From: the human T2T-CHM13v2.0 reference genome, Homo sapiens
Length of the DNA: 64,000 nt
Reading direction: 5' to 3' (one strand)
Assembly: GCF_009914755.1 (NCBI RefSeq)
Contig: NC_060943.1
Shown: positions 43,620-64,000 of the stretch, in pieces
Numbering within the stretch: position 1 is the first letter of the stretch
How the letters are laid out: every line of letters begins with the position of its first letter
The notes under the pieces: generated by a model
Database searches by the model: none
Told to the model about the DNA's origin: nothing
What the model saw: only the letters and a program-made list of their open reading frames with translations
Made by a program: the position numbers and the translations under genes

Positions 43620-46985
<3,366 letters not shown>

Positions 46986-49287
46986 TCGGAAATGGTATTG
47001 TATTTTGAATTTTAGTTACTGCCTGTTCATTGCTCTGAAGCAGTGTTTTTCTCCCCCCAACTTTTTTTCCTCTGTGCTTCAGATTGGATAATTGCCATCA
47101 ATCTCTCTTCAAGTTCACTTAGTCTTACTTCTTTTGTTTCCATTCTGCTTTTAAGCCCAGTGAAGTTTTTATTTCACATGCTGTGTATCTCAGTTTGATG
47201 AAGGCCAATTTATCACTCTACTGCTTTTAAAGTAGGCTCACAAAATCTAACCTAAGTGAGGTTTCACCTCTTGGTCTGAGGCTTTTTTTTTCCATTTTCC
47301 AATTAATAATAAGTTATGAGTAAATATTATTTATAATAAAAGACAAAGTCTATGCCACTGCTTTCCATTTTCAGGACTACCTATGGAAACCTTTGCTTTC
47401 CAGTCTGATGTTGACAGACCATTTTAACCAAAGCTGAATGAAAGTATTTGGGGTTTATAATAATTTTATTCCATCTTCTTATCCAAGTAAGGAAGCTCTC
47501 CACCATTCCTAGTTTGCTAAGGCTTTTTCTTTTTAAAATCACAGGTGTGAGCTGCATTTTATCTCAATCATCTATTGAGATGATTCCAGGAACTGTTTCA
47601 TCCTTATTTATTAATAGTGGTGAATGATATTAACAGGCTCCCCACCGTGGCACTCCTGTGATAACTTCTTGGCAGTATGTACTGTTGGTTACCTGCTTGG
47701 CATCCAGTCTCCTTTTTGTCTTTTCTAACAAAACTCAACTTGTGCTCAGGTGTCTCTTCCACCCTCAGATGATTCATCGAAAGCTGACTGAATTCCCAGT
47801 GACAGGAGTAGACTGCCCTTCATCTTAGCCAGATATCACAAGGCTTTTCCTGAGTGACTAAGGAAAGACTTATGTCCCATGATGTGGTAAGGCCCTATGG
47901 ACATAAAACATAAAATACCTCTCCAGAGAAAAATATAGAATCAGAAATTATGATTTTATAGAAAATTCATATTTTTAATCAGTAGATTCCTTGGATAACT
48001 AAATTCATTGGACTAAGTATTATTTCCCAAATCAAATGTCATTATGTTGTACATTCTGTTTGTTAAACATCTGACACCTAAGCATATGACATCCTTTCTT
48101 TGTGCTATAAATTTTATTTTTGCCTATTGTGAGTATATATTACTCTTTATACTGAATTTTTAAAAAAATTAATAAAACAATTTATAAATATGGCAAATGT
48201 GAAGATTGGCAGTAGTTCATAAGTTGTATCAGCTTAATCTAAATGATTCAGCTGGGAGATTATTCATCTTTCTTGTTGGTTTCTGTTTTTCAAAAAGCTA
48301 TAGTTTTGGGTTTATAAAAAAAGCACAGTGTAACTCCTGGTGGTTAAGATGAGATATTTTGTCAACTTCCTGCTGCAGGAGAACTTAATAATGAAATTAT
48401 TCTTATAGCTCTCTAAAAATTTGGATATATTGAAATATTTTTCTTCATAATTCTTTAGTGTGCTTCTGTTGCTTCTCTGCTAAATATGAACAAGGACGCA
48501 TATAGCCCCATATAATAGGAAAATAGGATATAGCAGTCATTTGAGGATAAGTGACTGCTACAATAAGATAAAAAAGGTATTGTCAACTCTGTCAATAAAG
48601 AAGATAGATTTTATTGCCTTCTCAAGTAACAGCTTCCCATGTAGGTAGGTAGCAGGTCAAGGCAAGAAGACAGCTTTGCTCCATGATGTCATCAAAGGAC
48701 CTGGTTCCTTCTATGCCATTTCTCCATCAACTCAGGATGCTGTCTTTATCCACATAGGTGATGCCTCTACATTCCAGAACATGAAAGTATTCTGACATAT
48801 CTTCCTTGGACATGACATATTTTTCTATGTATTGCTGGACTTTGTTTATTGTCACTTTAGGTAGGATTTTAATGTGTATGTTGTCCCTGAAGATTGGAAT
48901 TCTTTCCCTACTTAAATTCTTTCCCTACTGTCCTTGTCCAGTTTTGGTATCAAGGGTGTCTAGTTTTAAATTCTCCAGTATAGTTTTATAGGATAAGGAT
49001 TATTTATTGCTTTGGTATTCATGGAAAAGCCTGAGAACTTATTTAATGATTTTCCATTTCTTCTTGAGTCAGTTTTGGTACTTATAATTTTCTCTATGGT
49101 AAGCCCCTGCATATGTTTTAAATATATTGAGATAAGGTGATCACAGTATTTGCAAAATTCTAAAAATTTCTGTGATTATGTCCACTTTTTCATTTCTAAT
49201 ACCATTTCTTTGATTGTTTATTTCTCTTTTTTTCTGCTAAGCCATCTTTAGCATAACTTTCATCCTCATGATGCCAAGGTGGCTGTT

Positions 49288-49718
49288 TGCAGCGGACCCT
49301 ATCCCTGTTGGACTGAACAAAGGATGACAAACATGGGAATAAAGACAAAGACAAAAGAGTATATTTGGAAGAAGAGGTCTGGGGGCTCCTTGCTTCCAGT
49401 GAACACAGGCCCTGAGCCTTTACAGCCCTTCGTATTTATTAGAGTGAATAGGGAGAAGGGGGGTGGTTGTCGGTCAGTAGCTTGATTTACAGCAGGCTTG
49501 CAAGACTGCATTCGTCAACCAATAGGCTCTAGATGTCCCATTAGATAACCTCAAGGAGCATGACACCAGGGAGTGATTGCCTTCAGCAAACCTTCTGGTG
49601 GCTGGAGCAGAAGCGACTTTGCCCACATTCTGCATTCATGATAAACAGTTTGCTGTTTGATCATATAGCCTCCAGTGGAATGTTGAGTTGGCCACGATCC
49701 CTTTGCCAGCTCTCTACA
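49288..49718 (-). mobile_element. Solo LTR3-like (HERV-K HML-6) LTR inserted in an older MLT1 element
   Basis: Minus strand starts TGTAGAGAGCTGGC...CAACTCAACATTCCACTGGAGGCTATATGATCAAACAGCAAACTGTTTATCATGAATGCAG; TG...CA termini; perfect 6-bp TSD GCTGTT (49282-49287, 49719-49724). Confidence 0.85.
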
Positions 49719-50689
49719 GCTGTTCTACCTGTTGACATCCTGTGTCATACCCAAGCAGGAAGAAGGTTGTGTGAGATGACAAAAGGCCAGAGTTACATGC
49801 CAGCTGTGTCTCTTTCCACACATCCACCAAACCCCCAGCAAATGTGTACTTAAAATTCATTGGTTACAGAGCCACTACTCCTTACAAGGAGACTGGGGAG
49901 GTGAGTATTATAAGCTGGGCAGATGGCCACTTGAAGAGCATCAATGTTCTGCTGTGGAAGGAGTGCAAAATAGACACCAGAGAGACCATTAGCAGTGTCT
50001 GCCACAGCTATTACATGGCTAGGTCCACCTGACTGAAACTAAGCCTTTTCTATGAGACTGAAGTGCTTTGAGAGAAATGCTGACCTTGTCCTTTCTGCAG
50101 CTTGCGGCTTTCAGTCACCCTTGGATTCAGAGATAGAAGTCATCTTAATTCCATCACTGAGGCCAGGAGACCTGAAAGAAATCAATTCAAGAGTAAGGAG
50201 ACCAGGCGTGCAGTGTGACTGGGCGTGCAGAGGTCAGTGCATCTGTGATGACTGGTGTAACAGCATCACTGCCTGTGAGCCAGCAAGGCCCTTGGCTCCC
50301 AGGATGAAGCTCTCCAGTTCTGATAAGGCCCCTGGGGGAGAGACCGGTCCTAAACATGTTCAAGAATAAATCCATCAGCTAACTTCAGACCGTGATTCAC
50401 ACAGGAAGGGAACTTTAAGAGGTCGCCAGGGCTGGTATTTTTGAGACGTTAGGCAGCCCTCTCTGAGGCGATGACAAGTGAATGGCATAAAGGAGCCAGC
50501 CCAGACGAAAATTTGGGGTTAGACTATTTCGACCCAGGACGTGCAAATACATAGGTTACAAAATGGAAAATGGTATTTTGGAGGATGGGAGGCCCATGTA
50601 GCCAGAGATAATGGGAGAAGGTGAGGGGGCACCCAAAACAATCCCACAAGCTCTCTACATCCCCCTTCCTAGCCCACACACATCACCCA

Positions 50690-51700
50690 TCAGAGTGATC
50701 CTCCGGACTCCGGAGGCCCCCAAGATTGCCTTTCCCTTCCCGGTCGGCAGTGACGCTCCCGCAAGGAGCTGACGCCCAGGCCCTTAGCACCTGTCACAGC
50801 CAAGCACCCTTTTACTCCGGCCCTGCGGTCCCACCCCTCGCCGCAAGCCCCGCCTCACCCGGTCTGCCGCTGCGCCTGCGCGACTCCCAGAAGCCTTTGG
50901 GGGGTGGGTGTGTAGTCAGAGCGGCCTCTGCTTCCGGCCACACCCAGGCCCAGCGTTGGCCACCACTTATGCGGCGGCTGCGGTCCAGGGACAAGTGAGA
51001 GCGACCCGCAGAGGGCAGGACGGACGGGCGTTGCATAGGCCCGGGGCCAAACCGTATCTTGCAACCTGAGCTCCGAGGGCCGCCGCATCCGTCCCTGCTT
51101 GGGACTACGCTTCCCAGCGGGCATTGCGCGGAGGCCACGCCCGGTTCCGGCGGCGCTGCCTGCGCACTGGAAGTGGGAAGCGCCGGGCTTCTCTTGGCTG
51201 AGGGGAGGGGCGGGGCGGGGCGGGGCGGGGCGGGGCGGGGCAGCGGGGAGGGGTGGGGAGGGGCGGGGCGCGGCCGGGGGCGGGGCGGCTCCGCGGCGCG
51301 GCCCAGTGGATGCCGGGCCATGGGGGAGCGTGCGCGGGGCTGTTCGCTGGGCGTGGCGGGCGGGTGTGGCCAGGGGTGTGGGTCTGTGAGGGACCGGTCG
51401 GAAGGGCGTCGCGCGGCCTCGGGTGACATGCGGGGGGCGGCGAGCGCGAGTGTCCGCGAGCCGACGCCGCTCCCGGGTAGAGGCGCCCCCCGCACAAAGC
51501 CCCGGGCGGGCCGAGGCCCGACTGTAGGGACTCCAGCCACCTTGGCCCTCCCTGCCCGGGGAAGGCCGCGCTCAAGGAATGGCCTCGCATCCAAAGGCCA
51601 GCGAGGAGCGGCCCCTACGGGGCCTGGGCACAGAGGTGAGAGTGACAGGTGTTTGGGGCCGAGCGGACAGGGACGAATTCATCTCGGGATGAGATCTGGG
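50690..51700. promoter_or_regulatory. ZFP28: ZFP28 CpG-island (bidirectional) promoter
   Basis: CpG-dense. ZNF143-like ACTACGCTTCCCAGCGGGCATTGCG (51104-51128); NRF1-like tgcgcctgcgcg (50871); (GGGGC)n GC-box array ~51203-51290. Confidence 0.88.
51428..51635 (+). CDS. ZFP28: ZFP28 exon 1 coding part
   Basis: MRGAASASVREPTPLPGRGAPRTKPRAGRG...PTGPGHR, 208 nt, donor gag|gtgaga. Confidence 0.9.
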
Positions 51701-52033
51701 AGGGGGTTGGGCTCTCGGGGACCAGTTGCTGGAGAACTGTGCCCCTGGTCTTTGAAGCTGTTGGAGTGGGAGAATCTGAAGATTTGGAAGCTCAACTGAT
51801 TCAGAGCAGCAAGCCGCGGTAAAAGGGTGTTGACTTTCCCAGGGTGACTCTAACTAGACACTTTTCCTGTTTTCGTGCTCCCAGGGAGGAAAAAAACCTA
51901 TCTCCACGTTGTGGCAGTCCCTAGGCAGGGTAATGATCTGATCCCACCTTTTCATGCAGGAAGGGACGTTTCTAGGCTGGTGATTTGGGACTGTGGTGTA
52001 GACCTGGTCTCTAGCTACTCCTTTCTCTTTCAG

Positions 52034-52125
52034 CTCTGCCTTCCAGGGACACTGCTCTTCCCCAGGAGAGAAACAAGAAGCTGGAGGCTGTGGGGACAGG
52101 AATTGAACCTAAAGCCATGTCCCAG
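52034..52125 (+). CDS. ZFP28: ZFP28 exon 2
   Basis: 92 nt, (A)LPSRDTALPQERNKKLEAVGTGIEPKAMSQ; tttcag| and |gtgagt. Confidence 0.93.
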
Positions 52126-53029
52126 GTGAGTTGGCATTTCATCTCTTGTCTCTGAAATGCAGTCTTGCTTTTCGGGACTTAATGTTGCTTATTTTCTTGA
52201 AAGTTTTCAGTTTAAGAGACCTGTTTGGGCGCGGGTTTCTATTTCTTCACGTTCTAGTGAAGTGATGGGCTACGGGGAAAAGTTTAAACTGCCCGGGGCC
52301 TCGATGCCTGCTTCTTCTTCATCCCAGTCAGCCTTCATTCTTGATTGATGAAATGATTCAGCCTCTCCCTTGTACCGCTTTTCTCAGAGGGACTCTGATG
52401 GAGGAATTGTGCCCCTTGAGGAACACGGCAGACTCTTCTGCTATACATGGTTTGTTTGGTGACCACTTTGTGCCAGCCACTGAGCAAACCAATAGCTAAG
52501 CCCTAGTCCCTGCTCTGGAGCTCACAGCCTGTTGACCCAATGTCAAGGAAACAAGCAAGATTCTAGAATGTGATCATCCTTGGGCCAAGTATTATGAGCG
52601 AGGACTACAAGGCGCTCCTGGCTTCCAGCCTCCTGTAGCGGAAGGGTAGGCCTATTTACCAAGGAGGTGATTTTTGAGCCTTGCCTTGAAGGGAGAGAAG
52701 ATGTTTGGGAGGCACAGTAAAGAAAGACAACATTTTAGGGAGAGGAGGCGCAATATGAAAGGCTTTTCCACTTGATTTTGTGGCTTTAAAACATGCCAGT
52801 AAATAGTTGTGTTTGTTTCGGTTGGCTTCTCCTATAAATATCATAGCTAGCTCATTAATAGATGAACCATTTCACTTCCACTGAGGCCTCAAAAAATATA
52901 TGTACAGATGAACCAGCTTCCAGTTGTCCTACCCAAACTGCTCTTGAGTGGGTTACTGTGATCTTCACATTACCAGATGCAGTGCTCAATTCTTAGTCTT
53001 TTTTGACTATCATTGGTATTTGAAATAGC

Positions 53030-57190
<4,161 letters not shown>

Positions 57191-59449
57191 TTATTTACAG
57201 TAAAAGACATTTTTAAAACAAAAGTCATTGATTCTATACATAAAGAGCTGTCCGAATAAACAGAAAATGTCTTAGGAGGATATATGTATATTGCTAACGT
57301 TGGGTCCCTCTACGTGATTACATTGAAGGCATTTAACAAACCACTGGTACAAAAGCAGATCACTAATGCATAGCATGATCAACCTGGGAAACTAGGGTTG
57401 ATTCTTCTTGGCAAGCAAATAAGTTCCTCTTCTTTTATGCCAAGATGCTTCAACTTGCAAAATTATTGCTGAGAGCTGACCAGCATTTGTTTTAGACTAG
57501 CTTCCTCAGGTAGCCATATTAGTGTGTCTTTTGCTCAAGGACATTAAGCAGTTCTTGGCTGTTTCCTGCAAGTATTACCTCATGGTTTACACTGCAGGGG
57601 GCCTTTCAGTCCCCAGCTTAGGAGACTTCTCCATGATGAGTTTACCATCAAGAGTGTAGCTCTGCAGTTGACTGATTCAACTCCCTCTGCAGTTGATATT
57701 CACTCAAATTGGGATATCACTTACAAAACCCTTTTGACCTATTTTTACACAATTCAGTTACAAATGTCCTTAAAGTTTGGTAGCAGGTTAAAGAACAAGT
57801 GATTGTATATTATTCAGCAGATATCAAACCTCAAAGGGACTTTTGTTTCTAGTAGAATAATGTGAATCTTTAAAAGGTTCAGCTCTTGGTTGGTGTTGTG
57901 GTTTGTTAAGTGAGGTATTTAAATTAGGTTTTGTGTAGTCAGATGCAGCATGGTGAGGGACACTTAGAGCAGAATGGCAAAAAGATTGTTTATTACTCAC
58001 AGATTCCAGAGAACAGTGGCCAGCACACCTTGCAGGGCTTACTGGAAGGGCTTGGAGACATTGAGGACACACATGCCCAGCCAAAGGGTGGGGACCAAGA
58101 GAGAGGGAGGGACCTGTGGGCTGGAGCCTTTATTGGGGTTCAGGGCATTATCTAGGTGAGTTTCCCAAGACAGGGTTGGCTTGGATACTTTGAAGGGAGC
58201 TCAAGGCTCAGTAAGGGAACTTGAAGGTTACATTATCAGGTTCACCAGGCTTCATGCAGAAGGACAGTAGTCATTTCATAGTATGGGGCCTTTTCTATCT
58301 AGAACACACAAATGGGGACTGGGTGAGGACTGCCTGAAAATATATAGGTCAAGGGTGACAAGCAGAGGCAGCATCCCTATGGATGAGAGTTATGACAGTC
58401 AGCATCATTACAAGTCATGTTCACTGCATGCTTCCATTGTGCCTTGCACGTTCTAAGTGCTGTGTATGTGTTGCCTCATTTAATCCAAAACATAATCTAC
58501 AAGGTTGGTATTGTTGCCTTTTCCATTTTATAGCTGGGGAACTGAGGCACAGAGGCGTTAGGTAACCAAGTGAGGTTTCAGAGCTGGTGAGTGCTGGAAT
58601 TGTAATTCAGCTTTTGGGGTAGTCCAACTGTTTCGCATGTTCATTTCAGTTTAGACTTTGAAAATCCCACAGCTGCTAGTCAGTTAAATCTGCCTTCTGT
58701 TAGCCACAGGTTCCTGGGATTAGAGTTGCAACTGAATAGATGTTTAAAATACATTGGAACATATCAGAGTTGTAGGCTGAATTTGTAAAACTATGCTCCA
58801 TAAAAATCTGCCAGCAGGAGCTGAGCAGCCCCATCTTGCCAGTTGGTCAAGAAAATCCTGCTCATGCCAAGCTGTTAGCAAATGTGCTCCTGATAGCTCC
58901 TCATAATGCCTAGCTTCTCCAAGATGGCACCTTGGTTCGTAAAGGCATTTCATTAATTAAAAACATTATAGTGCTTTTTGTTTTTCATTCTTATTACATA
59001 TTCATTTTAGAAAAAAAAATTGCTAGATTTTTTTTTAATGACCTCTACTGAACACTGAGAGTAAAAATAGAAATTCTTAGAACCCAGTTTAGTCATGAAT
59101 AATATTGATGCTTTGAGGTTCATCTCAAGTTTATTGCCCAGTTCTTGTGCTGCTTCAGGCCACTCACATGTCCCCACGTTGGACAGTGCTGTAGTACCTG
59201 TTGTGCATAGAACAAGTTAGTCTTTGTTATTTATAGTTTTGAATTGATGTCAGGGGTTTTTCTTGTGGCTGCCTCCTTTCACCTCCACAAAACTGCAAGT
59301 TCTCCAAAGTCAGGGGCTGTCTCCATATTTTTCTCTTTTACCTGGAGTTTAAGACAGAATGAGGCTAGCTGTACAATACCTAACTAGATCTCCACAGTTC
59401 TGAGTTTATAGTCTCTTACTCAAAATGAAGACAAGGAATCTTTAGATCC

Positions 59450-60322
<873 letters not shown>

Positions 60323-61357
60323 TAGGGTGAGGCCACTGCTGGTCATAGTTCAGCTGACTCAGACACGCAACATCTTCAGCAGACTCTTCCTAAGCCTCTT
60401 GCTTAGGAATATCTGTTATTTTTACTATTTGGGAATACAGAAATTTCAACTACAGTATTATTTCCAGAACAGCAAATTATTAAGACAAGGAATTAGAATT
60501 ATAGATTTCTTTCAGAGGTTTTATCCTAACAGGAAATGGTTACAGTTTCTAAAGCATTGGGAATCTTACAAGGTTTCTTTGTTCAATTCACACTTCAAAG
60601 GAAACGCTTGCATTGACAACAGGACAAGTTACTGACAGTTATAAATTAAAGTGACTCACATGGGTCATCATATAGCATAAGAGAACAAGAATGTGTGAAA
60701 GTTTCCAATTTAACATCATATGAAATCACATACTTTGAGCTAGTTTAATGAGATAGAACTGTTTTTTCTTCCTGCAGATCATTCATCTCTTCTTGAGACT
60801 AGTTAATTGTGAAGACTTACATTTTTAAGGCCAGGATCTGGACTTTTATTAGTTAGCATCGTAATAAAAAAAAAGGAGGTATGTAGAGATAGAGATGAAA
60901 TTTTTTCTAGATGAAATGGACAAGGAGTGAAAAAGAGTTGACTTAAAGCTGAAATAAGGATCATATGGCAGTTTTCTTCTATAGCCTCCACTTTCTCTTT
61001 ATATTAGACATTTTATTTTACATTTAAGTCTTTGTGAGCTCCCTTATCTCTTGATTTTTAATTGCTTTTTCCAGTCTTCTGCTAAAAACATAATGTGAAC
61101 TCTTATTCAACTTTTAGGTGGGAAAGGTCTTATTGTGGCCTTTAGGACTATGGCTACACAAATTTAGGAATGTAGGGTTGGTTGAATATTGCTAGTAATA
61201 TAAGAAAGCTTTCAAAATGATATGCTTTTCATTTTCTTCCATAAAAATAAATGACTATATGCTTTTTTGTGGCTTTTAATTTAACGGTTGCATTTTGGAA
61301 TTTTTCTTCATACTAACACATGATAAAAGATAAATTTACCTTCTTTACGTCTTTCAG

Positions 61358-61521
61358 ACTTGAAGGCTGTGTGGAAGATCAAGGAGTTACCTCTCAAGAA
61401 GGACTTCTGCGAAGGAAAGCTATCCCAGGCAGTGATAACAGAGAGACTCACAAGCTATAATCTGGAGTACTCTCTGTTAGGGGAACACTGGGATTATGAT
61501 GCTCTGTTTGAGACACAGCCG
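61358..61521 (+). CDS. ZFP28: ZFP28 exon 5 (linker)
   Basis: 164 nt, (D)LKAVWKIKELPLKKDFCEG...HWDYDALFETQP|gtaagt; restores phase 0. Confidence 0.93.
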
Positions 61522-61795
61522 GTAAGTCACAAGACAAATTTCAGGCAAGAGGAAGGATCCTTCATGAGGAAACTCTTCTTGAGGGAAGAGACCATGACTA
61601 CAATAACTATAAGAGAAGTTTTCATTTGAATACAATACTTCTTATAGACAGATTATCCCCTCAGAACAGAGAGTGCCTAATCTCCATACACATAAGAACA
61701 GTGGAGGGGGAAATTGAGTTGTAATGAATTACAAACAAATCTGTCAAGGTCAGAAATGTTTGACTTGTGATGAATGTAAGAAAGCTTTGAGCAGA

Positions 61796-62196
<401 letters not shown>

Positions 62197-62466
62197 TTAA
62201 AAGGTTCATACTGTGTGTAAGTTCATACTGTGTGTAAGTATGACAAACTCTCCATAGCAGAAAGTTTCTCCTATTTTTCTGTGTTTTTCCCCAAACATGT
62301 ATGCTATAACTAAGCCCTGTCATTATTTGACCTGGTGTACCAGAACTTAAGTTGCAGTTCTTGGTATGGAGTGCCTTTTTTGCAGTGTGGACACAGTCCA
62401 TCCCACTGAGACCAGGTGAGTTCACGAACATGGTTTGATTTAAAAAACGTGCTTTTACCATTGCAG

Positions 62467-62581
62467 GGCTTGGTGACTATCAAAAACCTGGCTGTTGACT
62501 TCCGCCAGCAGCTACACCCAGCTCAGAAGAATTTCTGTAAGAATGGGATATGGGAGAACAACAGTGACCTGGGATCAGCAG
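62467..62581 (+). CDS. ZFP28: ZFP28 exon 6, degenerate second KRAB-A
   Basis: 115 nt, GLVTIKNLAVDFRQQLHPAQKNFCKNGIWENNSDLGSA(G); canonical splice sites. Confidence 0.92.
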
Positions 62582-62909
62582 GTAAGGATGTCCCTCTCCC
62601 ATATTTGAATCTATCGTCGGGTACCTCCATTTCCAAACTTCAGTTTTGAATTATGGAGGAGGGAGGGGGTGTCTTCTGACATGCTGGCCTGAATTTTGTG
62701 GATTCCTAAGATAAGAATTTGGCATTTGTAGAGGTGAAAGTTGGTGTCTTTGTTAGGCTTGAAGCGTTATCTTCTTGTGTCTTTCAGATCCTACTCACCT
62801 GTTTTTCTGTTTCTTTCAGCAGTAACACTTTTCTATCAACAAGGAAGTGGTTCTCAATTTTAGGATGCCAAGACTATTGGCCAAACCTCATCTCTTTTCA
62901 CTTTTTCAG

Positions 62910-63005
62910 GACATTGTGTGGCTAAGCCAGATTTAGTCTCTTTACTAGAGCAAGAGAAGGAGCCCTGGATGGTGAAGCGAGAGCTGACAGGAAGCCTGTT
63001 CTCAG
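62910..63005 (+). CDS. ZFP28: ZFP28 exon 7, second KRAB-B (finger exon lies beyond the window)
   Basis: 96 nt, (G)[31 protein letters not shown](G)|gtgagt. Confidence 0.95.
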
Positions 63006-64000
63006 GTGAGTGCAGGAGAGCCTGGTGTGGAAAATCTACTGCAAGAGAGAGCGGAGCTTTTACCAAAAAGGCTGCATCCTCACTAATATACAGTAGGAAA
63101 CTTCACCCAGGGTCTCTGGGTCTGGAAAGAAAATTGAACTCTGGGAGTTCCAAATAATTCTTTCCTCCTCCTTTGCCCCCTTCTCTCCAGTAACTGCCAT
63201 TTCCCTGAAGTTCCTTCTTTTCTTGGCCACTGGGACGTGTATCATCCACTTGCTTCCTTAAATGATCTTTTCTGGACCCTGATGCACTTTTGAGCTGACT
63301 TCCAAAGGTTTTCTCTTCTGTGGTTAAATGGCCTATTGTTTTCATCATGCATCCATTCCTGTGAGAACCACAAATTGAAAGTTATGGGATTGAGCCACTC
63401 TGCTGAGTATTGGCAGGCGATTGGAAAAAGGGAGAATTACACATAAATGTAAGCCATCAGTGAATTACTCTAATGGAAAGGATAAGACATGTTTATGGAT
63501 AGCTTGCATGAAGTAGAGTTTGCAGAATTTCAAATAGGGCATTATAGAGACAAAGGAGATGTTGTTCCCAGTGGTGTCTATGTTTTAGTAGGACAGGTGG
63601 GTAGAAGTTGAATTGCAAGAAGGTGGAAGTAAAGGATCTTTTCCTCTTGATGCACAAGGGAAAGAAAGGAAATTTCCGTAGAAAATAATGGTTTGTAGAA
63701 AATGTAATTGTTTACTGTTTGGCAAAAGAATATAAAACCGTGACGTTATCACAACATACACCTTAGATCCATTTAAGTCAGGATAAACACACATTTTTTC
63801 ACATAGTAGAAATTACAGTGTATATTCAGTTACGCATACACGTTTTTCATGTGGATTCCACGTTGTATATACCATTGCTCACTTAGGTTGCTTTACATTT
63901 CTTAGTATTAAAGATACAATTATAATAGATTTTTTTCAAGTTAAGTGAAAACTACACATTTTGGGGATTGCTGTATTCCTGGATATGAGCACCTGCTAGG

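Noticed and set aside
50812-51594. 260-aa Pro/Arg-rich minus-strand ORF
   Set aside because: Antisense shadow of the GC-rich ZFP28 promoter and exon 1.

Overview
Human (primate) genomic DNA from the 19q13.43 KRAB zinc-finger cluster. The + strand carries three recognisable genes: the terminal exon of the lncRNA ZNF667-AS1/MORT (~6.6-7.9 kb); the complete ZNF471 gene (CpG island ~20 kb; coding exons 24008-38376; 626 aa, KRAB-A/B plus 15 C2H2 fingers); and exons 1-7 of ZFP28 (ATG 51428; two KRAB cassettes; the finger exon lies beyond the window). About half the sequence is Alu, L1, L2/MIR, LTR/ERV and DNA-transposon relics. The least expected content is on the - strand of the first 18 kb. It holds an intron-containing SULT2A-like cytosolic sulfotransferase pseudogene (exons 2, 3 and 4 with near-canonical sizes and phases), a second tandem copy of it within an ancient ~3.3-4 kb duplication, and a vomeronasal type-2 receptor (V2R) exon fossil. 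The MORT splice acceptor and the non-repeat start of its last exon are the antisense strand of the dead SULT exon 2. Other notable points: a 3'-truncated, poly(A)-less L1 with a perfect 18-bp TSD sits in ZNF471's decayed extra fingers; ZFP28 exon 5 appears to be a truncated ancestral zinc-finger exon (tandem fusion); and ZNF471 intron 1 has a GT/GA-rich tandem array. Gene names, reference protein sequences and repeat subfamily names come from recall, not database searches. Repeat boundaries are approximate unless a TSD is quoted.
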